Assembly: GCF_009914755.1 (NCBI RefSeq)
Contig: NC_060925.1
DNA from: the human T2T-CHM13v2.0 reference genome, Homo sapiens
Strand: one strand, 5' to 3'
Length of the DNA: 64,000 bases
The notes below the pieces were generated by a model. The model was given only the letters and a program-made list of their open reading frames with translations. It did no database searches and was not told the origin of the DNA. This document shows positions 46,275 through 61,138 of this stretch, in pieces; the stretch's first letter is position 1, and every line of letters starts with the position of its first letter. The translations under genes were made by a program, and so were the position numbers.

Positions 46275-46376
46275 ATTCTTTTGTAGTTCAAGAGTGTGAT
46301 GATTGGCTGTTCATGAGCATGTATGAGATATGCCACCCTTGAACCTTGTTACATCAGCACATTATCTGCCTTACCT
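46275..46376 (+). pseudogene. SNORD13P: U13 (SNORD13) snoRNA retrocopy
   Basis: ATTCTTTTGTAGTTCAAGAGTGTGATGATTGG...GCCACCCTTGAACCTTGTTAC matches U13; box C GTGATGA kept (46296-46302), box D CTGA decayed; A-rich tail. Confidence 0.9.
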
Positions 46377-46759
46377 AAACAAAAAAATAATTATCCAGTC
46401 TCAGATATTCCTTTAGAGTAACGCAAACAGACTAATATACACGCGAACCTTGAAAAGAACTTCAGACTTTTTCATCCACAAGCCACAGGGAGCTGCTGAC
46501 GGTTTTACAGCAGAAGAGGTGTTATGAGAAAATCTATGTTTTAGGAAGATAGCTGTAGAGGCTGTGAAGAAGGATTGGAGTCTGGAGCCGGCCCTTTAGG
46601 AGCTGTTAAAACAGTCCTGGCAAGAGATATGATGAAACTAACTCAATCCAGGGTCATGAGATTGGAGACAAAAGGAGAGATCTGAGAAATGATTACAAAG
46701 AAGGTAGAAGATAACATGATTTATTGGATTTCTATCTTGCCCCCCAGGCTCTGAGATAG

Positions 46760-46950
46760 GTACTTTATACACCTTATTTTATTTACTCTTTTACTCTTTA
46801 CAACAACAACCCCATGAGGTAGGTGTGATGTGTCCCTTAAGAAATTGAACATCTGGGAGGCTAACTCACTCAAGATCACACAGGCATTAAATGTCAGAGC
46901 CAGGATTTGAACCAATGTCTGCTAGATGCCAAAGCCCATGTGCTTTCTCT
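46760..46950 (-). mobile_element. MIR
   Basis: CAACAACCCCATGAGGTAGGTG...CAAGATCACACAG...CAGAGCCAGGATTTGAACC. Confidence 0.75.
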
Positions 46951-47176
46951 CTACTCAGATAGTACCAAGAGGACTTGATGAGTGATTACATATTTTCTCC
47001 AATTAGGGTTCCATCGTTGCTCACTTTCCTAAATTTTGTAGAAAGCCATGTGTGTGCTCCAGCCTCTAGCAGCCCTGAGGAAGAATGCATTCCACTAGGT
47101 TACATTGTGCTAAGGGAAGGAGTACTTCTTACATTAAGCAGAGTGTTGAGGCCAAGGAGTGTTCAACCTATCTAGG

Positions 47177-47665
47177 TGTATATTTGTTTTCTACTGTGGC
47201 TATAACAAATTATTATAAGCAGTTATCATAAATTGATACACATGTATTACCTTACAGTTCCATTAGTAGTCTACCATGCATCTCACCGGGCTAAGACTGA
47301 CGCATCAGCAGGGCAGAGTTCCTTTCAGAAGGCTTTAGGGGAGAATTCTCTTCTTGACTTTTAGAGCTTCTAGAGGACACTACTGTGGCTCATGGCCCCC
47401 TTCCTTCAGCAAGGGCAGGTCGAGTCCCTCTTACATCTCATCCTCTGACCATCTTTACTGCTTCCCTCTTCCCCTTTAAAGGAGACTTGTAATTACATTG
47501 GGCCCACCTAGATAATCCAGGCTGGTTTCTCTACTTTAAGGTCAGGCGATTAGCAACCTTAATTTTATCTGCAAATTTAATTCCCTTTTGCCAAGAAAGG
47601 TAACATGTTTACAGGTTCTGGAGATTAGGACATGGATACTTTGGAGGCCATTATTCTGCCCAACA
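47177..47665 (-). mobile_element. MLT1D-like MaLR LTR
   Basis: GGCTATAACAAATT...TACATTGGGCCCACCTAGATAATCCAGG...GGCCATTATTCTGCCCAACA. Confidence 0.85.
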
Positions 47666-48622
47666 TGCAGTTCTGTATGATGATTTAGATTTGAATCTTG
47701 TATTGCTAGTTTTAGAAATTTACAAGAAGAGGGTCAGGGAAGAAGTGGTGAGTAAAGAGTTAACTAGCCATCCAACAAGCACAATGACCTCTTGACAATC
47801 TTGAGCGTGGTGTAGACTGTTGGGCCAAGAGCTGGGCCGTTGGGGTAGGCAGTTCACATCTTCGAAGAAATGCTCATCAAACCATGACCGGTGGAAACCA
47901 GGACACCAGTCACCTGGGAAACCAAGTAAACATAAACATACAGCCATCCATCACTGCCATCTGGAAGAAATTGGGTAGTGAGGGTCTTCCTGTTAGGCCT
48001 TACTTCAGTATTTATTTGTGTAGCTGGAGATCCCAGACCAGCCTTTCTGTCAGCGATGCTTCAGTGAGGAGCATGGGGCTGAATCTCAGCTTGGAATTAA
48101 AACATACCACCTTTCTGTGTGAATGTGGATGTAAATATTACCAGCAGACAGGTCACTCAAGAGATAGGTGCCCATATTTCCAAGTCTAAACAATCTCTGT
48201 AGGTCAAACAGGGAGGCCCCGTGTGCTTGTTGGCAACACCACCTTTAGCAGAAGTCTGAATTCCCAGTGAATGCTGCCTGTGTTCTGCTCTATCGAGGAA
48301 CTATGGCCTCCAGAAGCGTTGCCCTACAAGCTCCATCCTAGTTAATGACTTCAGGCAGAAATGTGCAGGGAAAAGTTGGTTTCAGTTGGGTCCACTGTAT
48401 GAGGTGATATGTAAGTTTTATGGGCTCTCCTCCCGGGATTCCTTGCTTTTGACTGAGAATGTGTTTTCAGTTGTTGCTCCAATCCATCGGTGGTGATAGA
48501 TTTGCCCAGCTCCCTGCATATGTTCTCGCCCTGTTCCCCAAGTGATTCAAAGCATATTTACAAGACAGCTGGCTTGGGTTTACAGGGAGCAAGTCTGAGG
48601 CATGGATCAGAGCAGAGTGAAG

Positions 48623-48694
48623 TGACCCATACAGGGAACAAACTTATGACCTTGGCCTCCTAAGCACTATCTCCTTACAGATTCAGCTAATACA
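48623..48694 (-). pseudogene. Degenerate tRNA-Ile(AAT)-derived sequence (tRNA pseudogene or tRNA-SINE head)
   Basis: TGACCCATACAGGGAACAAACTTATGACCTTGGCCTCCTAAGCAC...CAGCTAA aligns to the reverse complement of tRNA-Ile-AAT (TGGCCCGTACGGGGATCGAACCCGCGACCTTGGCGTTATTAGCAC...GAGCTAA) with many CpG-decay changes. Confidence 0.65.
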
Positions 48695-49162
48695 GCTCCC
48701 GAAAGCCTGCCCTTCATCTAAGTCCACATGCGACATTGAAACACTCAAAGGCAGCCTGGCAGCAGCAAGAAGAAAAACATTCAAACCAAGTTAGATTTCC
48801 TGGCATCATGTTGTTTGTTCTTAACCTGAAGATACATTTGGGGACCCCTAGTCTGGTGACACTGAATTAGAGTCAGTCAAACACTTTCTTGATGACCATG
48901 GAATACTGTGAGCTACAAGAGACTCTCCCATCCTCATCTATGGTTACAGTGTAAGCTCCTGAAGGGCTTGGCCTGTGTTGTACTCAGTCCTTGGCACAGA
49001 ACAGATGTTTAAAGCATGTCAGTGAAATTAACTTTAAAAATGGATAAATTTGTGAGATAAATTCAATTTTTACATGTACCCTGACTTTACTTTGAAAAGC
49101 CAAATTCTAAAAAATTTTTATATTCCTTATCACTTATTTCACGGACAGCAAATACCCTAGGG

Positions 49163-49456
49163 TAATACTGCCCAATAGAAATGTAGCACAAGCCTCAAAT
49201 ACAAGCCACATACATACTTTTACATTTTTTAGTAGCCACATTAAAATAAGTAAAATTAAATAGATAAAATTAATTTTCATACTATATTTTATTTAACCCA
49301 ATATATCAAAAATATTGTAATTTCACATGCATGTCACATAAACATTATCAATGAGCCATTTTTCATTTTTTTTATAACAACTCTAGCAGCCCATCTCAAT
49401 TTGAACTAGCTTAATAGCCACATGGGGCTTACTGCTACTGTATTCAACAGCACAGC
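49163..49456. mobile_element. MER33 (hAT-Charlie)
   Basis: CTGCCCAATAGAAAT...TAGTAGCCACATTAAAA...TTTATTTAACCCAATATATC...AATAGCCACATG...CAGCACAG. Confidence 0.85.
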
Positions 49457-51004
49457 TCTGGAACCCTCTTCATTTTCCTTTCTCTCTTCCTTTTCATTTG
49501 TCTTTCCACTGCTTACGCCCTGTGCCCCTACTTGCTCCCCTCCTCTTCCCTCTTCTGTACTATCAGTTTCATTCAGAAATGCCCTCCCCATACCTCTGCC
49601 ACCTCAATCGCACCCACCCTGCTAGGTGGGATCAGATACATCTGCTAGGACAGTCTCAAGACTGGTTAATATTATGATTAATTAACATCCAAATAGCCCT
49701 TAGTAAAGAATCCTTACTTTCATTGGCTCATTAATAATGGCATGTAATAAGTGCCATTATTTCCTCTTTATTGTTGAAGAAACAGGTTCAATTTCAAACT
49801 ATTCAGTGGTAGAGCAAGGACTTGGAAGCAGGTGTTCTGGGTTCAGAGCTTCCCACCATGCCACACACATGCTGCCATTGCAGAAAGAAACCTCCACTCG
49901 GTGGCTTCCCTCACTCCCTTCTGACGGGAAAGAAAGAAAATTAAATAGCAGGTCCAGTAAATTATAACATGTGCTGTAATAGGATAGGTAGAGGGTTCTA
50001 GGAGAGCATTTGGAAAGGGCATTTAACCTATCTTGGGGGAAGTCACAGGAGATATGGGATTGCAGAGCAGAATGAAGTGACCCATACAGGGAATAAACCT
50101 ATGACCTTGGCCTCCTAATCTCTCTCTCCTTACAGATTCAGCTTCTGATGGGGTTGCTTCTGAAAAGACTCCGGTGAGGTAAGTCATAGTTTTAATCAAC
50201 TGCCATGTTATAGTTTATTTCAGGCAAGTGGTTTAGGCACTGTCACATTATAAATGTCATTACTAGCTAAGACTGGCCTGAGGCTCAGTGAGCCACAGAC
50301 AGTTTGAGAATATCTGCCTAACTCTTTCCTAAGCCCATTATTGTAGAAGCTGCCCTGATTTTGGTGGGGACCTTCAGATCCTGAGAAGAAAAGGTAGACT
50401 TGTGGAAAAACACATTTCTCCTGTGCCATTTGCATGCAGCTCCCAACTTTCCATTATTATGCTCATTTTAGAGCTCCAAGCATCATGCCTGGACCCCTTA
50501 AGTCCTGCTTTCAGGAAGAGATTGAATTCATCTTTATTCTTTTCTTTCTGCTTTTTAAGCAGTAGCAGTATGGTAACACTTCTCAATTTTATTTCCAGCT
50601 ATACCTATGGCCTCAATTTTCTTCCCAGCGATGTTCTCAGGTAGACTTAATTCTGGTTGTTTTGCAGCTTTAAGTTTTGCACAGTCTTGCTGGCCTACAG
50701 TGCCCCTTTGCTTGGAACTCTGATGCTGTGATTTTCCTCTTGAAATCCAAATCATCTTTGGAAAAGGCAACCAGTTTCTCACCCAAGCCATGTCCAAACA
50801 GGTCTGGTCCCCAGACCATATCTGGCATGAAAAGAGGCTCAGTGTAGCACACAATAGATGACTGTAGTCTAATTTTAGACCAGATGGTTGACCATGTCTC
50901 CTCCCTGTGATCCTATCTCTTACCTCTCAGACCAACTCCTTAGGGAGGGACCCTGACAAGCATCAAGAACATACAGAAATAAATACATGTCCTAAAACAT
51001 AGAG

Positions 51005-51505
51005 GTAATCCTGCTATTATCCTGATTAAGACATTTTTCACAGTTCAGTATACTCTACAAAATGAAGTCCAAACTCTTTAACCATGTAACAAAGCCCTTC
51101 ATGTTTCCTCCCTCCCCAGCCTCCCCTTCTATCATACCTCATACCCTACACACCAAACATACAAATGTCCCTGTAGTTTCCTGAAAACACCAGGTGGTTC
51201 AGGCCTGCCATCTCCATACCTGAGCTGCCAGTTCTTTCACCCTCATCTCTGTGCACCTTGCCAACACATACTCACATACAGAATCTCACCTGGACCCCCC
51301 ACCCTCAGCCAAAACTGATCGTTCCTTCTTTTGTGAATCCTGACACTGTCCACATCTTTAGCATAAAGCCTGTAACATGCTGCTGCATTTTTTATTTACA
51401 GAGTTAAATGAAAGGGACCTGGGGGCAAGGACTATTCCTGAGTTATCAACTCTCCTTTGCCTATCAAGATGTCTGTGCATAAATAAGCATTTTATTTACT
51501 GATAA
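51005..51505 (+). mobile_element. Probable L2 fragment (donor of the 213-bp inverted copy)
   Basis: AAGTCCAAACTCTTTAACCATG..AAAGCCCTTCATG motif and degenerate L2 terminus. Confidence 0.5.
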
Positions 51506-51559
51506 TCGAAAGGAAGAATAGATAAAGACGTAGAGTGATGCCCTACCATAGAGAAAGGG

Positions 51560-52469
<910 letters not shown>

Positions 52470-52483
52470 ATATATATACAGTT

Positions 52484-52771
52484 GGCTGGGCGTGGTGGCT
52501 CACACCTGGAATCCCAGCAATTTGGGAGGCCAAGGCGGGCAGATCGCTTGAGCTCATGAGTTCAAGATCAGCTGGGGGAACATGGCAAAACCCTGTCTCT
52601 ACAAAAAATACAATTAGCTGGGAGTGCTGACGTGCACCTGTAGTCTAGGGAGGCTGAGGTGGGAGGATCTCTTGAGCCCAGGAGGCAGAAGTTGCGATGA
52701 GACAAGATCATGCCACTGCACTCCAGCCTGGGCAACATAGTGAGACTCTGTCTCAAAAAAAAAAAAAAAAA
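52484..52771 (+). mobile_element. Alu (AluJ-like)
   Basis: Forward dimeric Alu. Confidence 0.93.
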
Positions 52772-52852
52772 GACAGGGTTTTTCTATGTTTCCCAGGCTG
52801 GACTGGACTTGAACTCCTAAGCTCAAGTGATCCTCCTGCTTCAACCTCCCAA
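52771..52852 (-). mobile_element. 5'-truncated FLAM/Alu left monomer
   Basis: AGACAGGGTT...GAACTCCTAAGCTCAAGTGATCCTCCTGCTTCAACCTCCCAA. Confidence 0.8.
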
Positions 52853-53469
52853 GAGAAAGGATTTTACTCCACTTGTCCCTCACTTAGCTAGCTCTTTTAT
52901 CTAGGAGATTTTTTTAAAATCTAAGCATGATCAAAGTTCTGGGACTTTTTGATGGCCTGGAAGATAAAAGGAACCAGGACATCCTGGAAGAGAAAAGCAA
53001 GTTGCTGATAGTGTAGCATTTCCACTGGGCTTAAGGAAAAAGTATTAAAGAGACCCTCATATATCTTTTTAGGTTTTCCAGCTTAGCTCAGTAGGATAGG
53101 AAAGGAAGGAGGATTCAGGGCAAAAATCTTTATGTAAAATAAATTTTTATCTGACGTAAGTATTCCCTGCACTGTCACATATGAAAGCATGATGTACAAA
53201 GTGTAATAAAGTGAGGACTCAAACTTTTGCCCTGTTAAAAGCCAGGAAGGGTATGGGATTCCTGGTTTATTGTTTGATACCTACAATTTCAAGCAGACTC
53301 AAGAAAATGCTACAGGATCTGAAATTATTGGGGTGATTTATCTCAGACTTATAGGATCTGTGAAAGATTTTCCTCACAATCTTGTTCTTTATAAATGGAT
53401 TATACTTCATATGGAAAAGAGTTGATAATTTTGGAGTCTTAGTGGTAGTGGTTTAAAAATAAAAAGCAA

Positions 53470-54195
53470 TGGAGATTTCATCTCCAGTAAGATCTGAGCA
53501 TCTTTTATCAGATCAATCTACATAAAAAATTATATACACACACAGAGGACAAAATATATTTTTAAAAACAGTATCTGAAGACACTGGAGAGTGATTAAAA
53601 GCAGGAAGATGCTGGAAGAAGCCAATATATGAAAGAAGAAAATGGCATTGATGAGTTTTTAGATTTTACAGCTTTTAGGCCAAGGCAGGTTCTAGCCTGC
53701 ACTATGTAGAATGGCTAAAGCTCCATATAAACCCCACATATTACTGGCTAGAAGAACCAGAGTATGGGGCAACCACAGCACAAAGAAAATTAAGAGGAAA
53801 TCCCCAAAAGAATAGAGACTAAAGGGGGATCCCCATCTGCCCACATCTCTTACTGACCTTTGAGCTGCTCTCATATGGGACAGATGCCAAGCCATCGAGT
53901 GAAGTTTAGAGTTTGACTGTGATTTGAACTGCTGCTCTGAACAAAGGAGATATTAAAAGGATAACAAAAAAATTATAAACAATTTTACACCAAAAATTTG
54001 ACAACTTATATGAAATGGATAAAGTCTTTGAAAGATGCAAATTAGCAAAACTTACTCAAGATAAGCTACACAGTCTTACATTTACTTTAAAATTTGAATT
54101 TATAGTTTAAAACCATCCCTCAAAACAACTCCAGATGCTTCACTGGTGAACGCTAGCATACATTTAAGGAAAATATTACACCAATTCTACAAAAG
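53470..54195 (+). mobile_element. Old L1M 5' region and ORF2 fragments
   Basis: AAATTTGACAACTTATATGAAATGGATAAAG...CTTCACTGGTGAA...ACCAATTCTACA is ORF2-like. Confidence 0.65.
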
Positions 54196-54239
54196 AGAAA
54201 AAAAAAAGACAGAACGGGAAGAAAAGCAACTAAAACCTA

Positions 54240-55180
<941 letters not shown>

Positions 55181-55479
55181 GGCCAGGTGCAGTGGCTCAT
55201 GCCTGTAATCCCAGCACTTTGGGAGGCTGAGGCGGGCGGACCACTTGTGGTCAGGAGTTTGAGACCAGCCTGGCCAACATAGTGAAACCCTGTCTCTACT
55301 AAAAATACAAAAATTAGCCCAGCATGGTGGTGCATGCCTGTAATCCCAGTTACTCGGGAGGGTGAGGCAGGAGAATCGCTTGAGCCTGGGAGACAAAGGT
55401 TGCAGTGAGCCTAGATCACATCACTGCACTCCAGCCTGGGCTACAGAGTGAGACTCTGCCACACACACACACACACACA
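55181..55479 (+). mobile_element. Alu (AluS-like) with (CA)n replacing the A-tail
   Basis: TSD GAGTTGAG. Confidence 0.93.
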
Positions 55480-55489
55480 AGAGTTGAGA

Positions 55490-56850
55490 AAGAGATAAAG
55501 ATCAGTACAGAATCCACACATAGAGAATCCAGACATAGGTAATCCACCATAGGCAATTCAATGCTGAAAGGATAGTCTTTTCATCAAATAATACTGGAAC
55601 AGTTGGACATTTATATGCAAAAAATGTATCTTGACCCATGCATTAAACTATATGCAAAAATTAACTGAAAATTGATTAGAGGCCTAAATGTAAAACTCAA
55701 GTGTAAAAATTCTGGAAGAAAATATAGGAGAAAATCTTTGTGACTCTGGGCTAGGTGAGATTTATTAGGTAGAATACAAAAGGCACATTCCATAAATGAA
55801 AAAAAATAGATAAATGAGACTTTATTAAAATTTAAAAGCCACCCATATTTAAATAACAGTTTTAGGAAAATGTCATTCAAATATAGACATAAGTTTGGGG
55901 AAAATATTTTTAAAACACATATCTGGAAAAGGACTGATACCCAGAATACATGAAGAACCCTCACAACTCAATAATAAGAAAACAACAATCCAATTTCTTT
56001 TTCTTTTTCTTTTGTTTTTCGAAAGGAGAAAACAACAATCCAATTTAAAAACTGGGCAAAGCATTTGAACAAATGCCTCATCAAAGACAATACACAGACA
56101 GCAAAAATGCACATGAAATGGTGTCCAGCAACACTAATGATAGAGAATTGCAGATTAAAACAAGACACCAGCTGTTAGAAAAGCTGCTGAGAAGAATGAA
56201 GAGCAACTGGAACTCTCATACATTGCTGATGGGAATGTGAATAGCACAGCCACTTTGAAAAACAGTTTGGCTGTTTTTTATAAAATTAAAATGCAATTAC
56301 TATATGACTCAGCAATTCCACTCCTGGATATATGCCTGATAAGTGAAAATATATGTTCACACAAAGACACATCCACAGATGTTTATAGTGGCCTTATTCA
56401 TATTACTACAAACTGGAAATATTTCAAGTGTCCGTCAAGTAGTAATTGTATTAACAAAATGTGGTGGTACATCCATACAATGGAATATTACTCACCAATA
56501 AAATAGAATCAAACTATTGGCAACAACATGAATAAATCTCAAATGCACTATAATAAATGGAAAAAAAACAGACTCAATAAGCTACATACTGCACAATTAC
56601 ATTTATAAGACATTCTGGAAAAGGCAAACATGGGGCAGAAAAAACTAAGTGGTTGTTTGTGGGCTGGGAATTTAGGAAAGAATTTGACAACAAAAGTGCA
56701 TGAGGAAATTTTTGGGTTAAGATACATGTTCTTTATCTTGATGGTGGCGGTGGACACTGAACTGTGTATGTTTTTCAAAATTCATTGCATTTACAAAGGG
56801 TAGATTTTGCTGTACACAAACTGTTTCTCAACAAACCTGACTTTAAAACA
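55490..56850 (+). mobile_element. L1MC/MD-like ORF2 end and 3' UTR
   Basis: GGATAGTCTTTTCATCAAAT...GAGCAACTGGAACTCTCATACATTGCTG...AAACCTGACTTTAAAA. Confidence 0.85.
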
Positions 56851-57759
56851 AAGAAAAGAATGTCAAAGTAAAGTAGTTTTTTTCATTAGAATGAAGAAGA
56901 CACAGATCTAACCTCACTTTTCCTATTTTTACCTCACCCTTTGATGGAAAACAGAAATGGTGAAATTGATATTTGTTGAATGGAAGAGAAAACATGGGGT
57001 TATATTAAGTGTAGAAAAGTAAGTATAAATTTCAAATAATGAATTAAGGATGCATTGTGATAACTGAATTATAGGCTGTGACAAGGAAAATGAACAAAGG
57101 ATACATGAGAAGCATACAAAAACTTTCTCTTGTTGAGTATCAAGTGAAATTTACTTCCCAGATGAGGTTACCATGGATCACATTAAGAATTAAAATTCAC
57201 AGAACTAGCCTTTTAAATTTTTTATTTGATTTTAAATCAACATCTTTTTGAAATTTTTTCTTTTGGCTACAGAACCTGAATCTAGATGTCATAAGAAGGC
57301 TACTTTTTAGGCAGTATACGCTAGTTCATTTATAATTGAATTAGAGTGCCACTTTCAAAAGCATATTTTATTAGTAAAAAAAAAAAAAATAAGCAAAAGG
57401 CTGAGGCAATTTTTAGGATATATAACTTATGAAGAGAGGTAATTCAAATATATTTTAACTTATAGATGATAATATTTGGAAAAAATAGAAATTCTTAAGT
57501 ATGTAAACATTTTATATTTTGAAAACTATTTTAATTTAAAAAATTCTTGTCATTTAAGTTTTATAAAGTTGAAATCAAATGAATAATATAAGAAAATATA
57601 AGAAAATGTCACACAGGTACTATTTAAATAGTATATATATATGTCATACAGAATATTTTTAAGAGTATTGTTGGATTTAAATTTGGACCATGCCCTGCAA
57701 TTTTCTCTAGTTTCTTCCTCAGTTTTATATAAATTCAAAATACTTAATCTACAAAAGTA

Positions 57760-60700
57760 TATAATGTGAGATATTATAAACAGCTTTATGCCAAAAAATT
57801 TGAACTTTTAGATGAGTCAAATTTCTCAAACAACACAATTTACTAAAGCTGGGGAAAAATATAAGACATCTGAATAGTCTTATACCTAATAAAGAAGTGT
57901 AATCCATAATTCAAAGCCTTTCACTACATTCCACTTCCATTAATTTTGTAGTAGCTTGTATTAGATAAACCTTTCTGTAGAAAACAATTATTCTTGAGGG
58001 AAATAAAAAAATACTTGAAGGCACTGGATAGTGGCCAAAAGCAGACAGAAATTGGAGAGGAATTCATCCCTTCAATATAGCATTTTTTATGGAGATTTGC
58101 CTTGATATGCCTTTTGTCTGAAGGCACTCTGCAGTCTGTACAATATAGGGCTACAAGAATTCAAGAAGAGAACATTATTCTTAGCAGTTCAAGGAATCAT
58201 TAAATGGAGTTAGGGTTAACAGAACAGAGAGTGAGGTGTCAGGAAGGCGGGAGCCTAAGAGAGAACCCCAAAATGTGCACATAAACTCTGCCCAAACATC
58301 TGGATGATCCCTAAACTATGTATGTATGAGGAAGACTCTGAGGAGCCCAGTGAAAAGCAACAGGTGAAAGTCTGAAAGAACTTACTAGAGATTTCAGCTA
58401 CTTCCTCTCATATGGGAGGGAGTTTGGGGTTTGAGTCCACCCAAGTTAATTGCCTGAGAGAAAAAATAATCAACATTTTTCAGAGGGTGATAACAGTATC
58501 CAATCACTACAATGTTCCCTCCAAAATGTCTGGCATACTATAAAAGAGTATTACACACACACACAGTGACAAGAAAATACAATCAAAAGAAATAGCAGTC
58601 AATAGAAACATACTCTGACATGACCCAGATTCTGGGGTTAACAAAGACTTTAAAGCAGCTATATAAATGTTTTCAAAGATTTTTTTAAAAACATGATTAT
58701 AATTAATGAAGAGATGTGGAATTTCAGCAAAGAAATAGAAGTTATTAAAAAGTGCCAAATAGAAATTCTGGAGCTGAAAAGATAAAAGGCATCTACCAAA
58801 AATCTACTATAAATATTATACTAAATGGTGAAATATAATTTTCCTCCCAAAATTAAAAATAAGACAAGAATCTCTGGTTTCATTACTTCTAATTAACATG
58901 ATACTAGAGGTTAAAATTGTAATGGTACAATAAGGAAAGGAAAGAAATAAAGCATATAAGGATTGGGAAGAAAGAAGTAAAATGTATTATTTACACAGAA
59001 CACAATTTTGTACCTAGAAAATCCAAAGGAATTTATAGATAAACTTCCAAAGTTAATAAGTCAATTTAGTAAACTCACTGGATTCAAGGACAATTAATAA
59101 AAATCAAGTAAGGGTATAGTAGCAACGAACAAGTAGAAAATGAAATTTAAAGAAAATACAGTGGAATAAAAGAACATCAAATATCTAGGCATAAATATAA
59201 TGAAAAATATGTATTACCTTACACAGAAAACTATAAAACAATATTAGAGAAATTAAAGAAGAGCTAAAATGGAGATCCATAGATTGGAAGACTCAATAGT
59301 GCAAAAATATTAAGTCTCCTCAAATTGATCTATACATTCAATGCAATCTCAATTAAAATTCCAACAGATGTTCTTTTTAAAAGTAGATAAATTTGTGTGG
59401 AATTACATATAGAAATGTACAATGATAGCAATAGGTAAGAGAATCTTTAAGAAGATTAGAGTTTGAACACTTATCCTATTATATACAATAATTATTATCA
59501 AATAATTAATACAATGCAAATAGAGGCACAAAAATAGACAAATAGACCAATGGAACACAATAGAAAGTCTAGAATCAGACCCACACGTATATGGACACCA
59601 TTGGTCCATGCAGAGCAGTGGGAAAAAGACACTATTTTAATTAATGGTCAATTGGATATCCATATGAGAAAAAACAATCTTGACTCCTGTCCATACATTA
59701 TGTAAAGAACCAATTCCAGGGCCAGGCGCAGTGGCTCGCCCCTGTAATCCTAGCACTTTGGGAGGCCAAGGTGGGCAGATCACCTGAGCTCAGGAGTTCA
59801 AGACCAGCCTGGGCAAGATGGTGAAACCCCGTCTCTACTAAAAAATACAAAAAAAAACTAGCCAGGCATGGCAGTGTGCACCTGTATTCCCAGCTACTTG
59901 GGAGACTGAGGCAGGAGAACTGCTTGAACCCAGGAGGCAGAGGTTGCAGTGAGTCAAAATTGTGTCACTGCACTCCATGCACTCCAGCCTGGGCGACAGG
60001 GTGAGATTCCGTCTCTTAAAAAAAATAAAATAAAAAGAAAAAAAATCATTTCCAGGTGATTTTAGATCAAAAAATGATATGTAAAATAGTAAAGTTTCTA
60101 AAAAATAACATAGAATGATATTTTGTATGCCTGGAGCAGGCAAGGATTTCTTAAATAAGAAATAACATTCCTAAAAAAAATTAAAATATTGGCATTTTCT
60201 GTTTATAAAAGACACCATTATGAGAAGGAAAAGAAAGTTATAGAATGGAAGAAAATGTATGTATAAAAATATTATATATAAAATGACATTTCATATAAAT
60301 TTTTCACAATTTAAAAAGTCAGAAAACCTAGTAAAAATTGGATGCTATTTTCTTCACAAAACAGAATATCCACATTGCCAATAAGCATTTTTTTAAAGTG
60401 CTCAACCTCATTAGCTATCAGGAAAAAGCAAATTAAAATTACAGTGAAATATATGGTATATCAACAACGTGGCTAACATTTAAAAGACTGAAAATACCAG
60501 GTATTTGTGAAGCTATAGAGTAATGGAACACACATACGTTACTATTGGGAGTGTAAATTGGTGCAATCACCACGTTGAGAAACTGTTAGTATATACTGAA
60601 GTTGAACATATGCCCACCCTATGACCCACTAGTTCTATTCCTAGATATATGCCCAGAAGAAATGCATACAAGTGTTTACTAAAAGCCAAACATAAGAATG

Positions 60701-61138
60701 TCCATAACAGCATTATTTAAAATAGCCAAATTAAAAACAATTCAAATGTCCTCAGACAATAGAATGGAGAGATAAACTGTGATATATCCATGAAATGGCA
60801 AATTAATTAAAATGAAGACACTGCTGCCACGTACAACAACATGGATGATTATCACAAGTGTAAAGTTGAGCAAAAGAAGCTAGACATCAAATAATACACA
60901 CTTTATAGAAAACTCAAAAGCAGGTGAAACTAATGTATGGTATTAGCAGTCAGCAGAGTGGGCATCTTTTGGAAGGAGAGTGGAGACAGTGGTTGGAAAG
61001 GTGCCCAAGAAGGGCTTCTCAGATGCTGACAGGGTTCTGTAGGTGAGTGATCTGGGTGGTGCTTGCATGGGTTATTTTGTGCTACATGCATATTTTCTGT
61101 ATGTGTGTTTTAATTCTATAAAAGGTGTATTAAAAAAG
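57760..61138 (+). mobile_element. L1M/L1ME fragments (5' region, ORF2, 3' UTR)
   Basis: ATAGACAAATAGACCAATGGAAC, GATTGGAAGACTCAATAG, GGGAGTGTAAATTGGTGCAATCAC and ACAACATGGATGA motifs. Confidence 0.8.
59720..60044 (+). mobile_element. Alu (AluS-like)
   Basis: TSD-like A(A/T)TTCCAG. Confidence 0.95.

Noticed and set aside
46275-46376. Functional SNORD13 gene
   Set aside because: Box D is lost, there is an A-tail and it sits inside an LTR, all consistent with a retrocopy.
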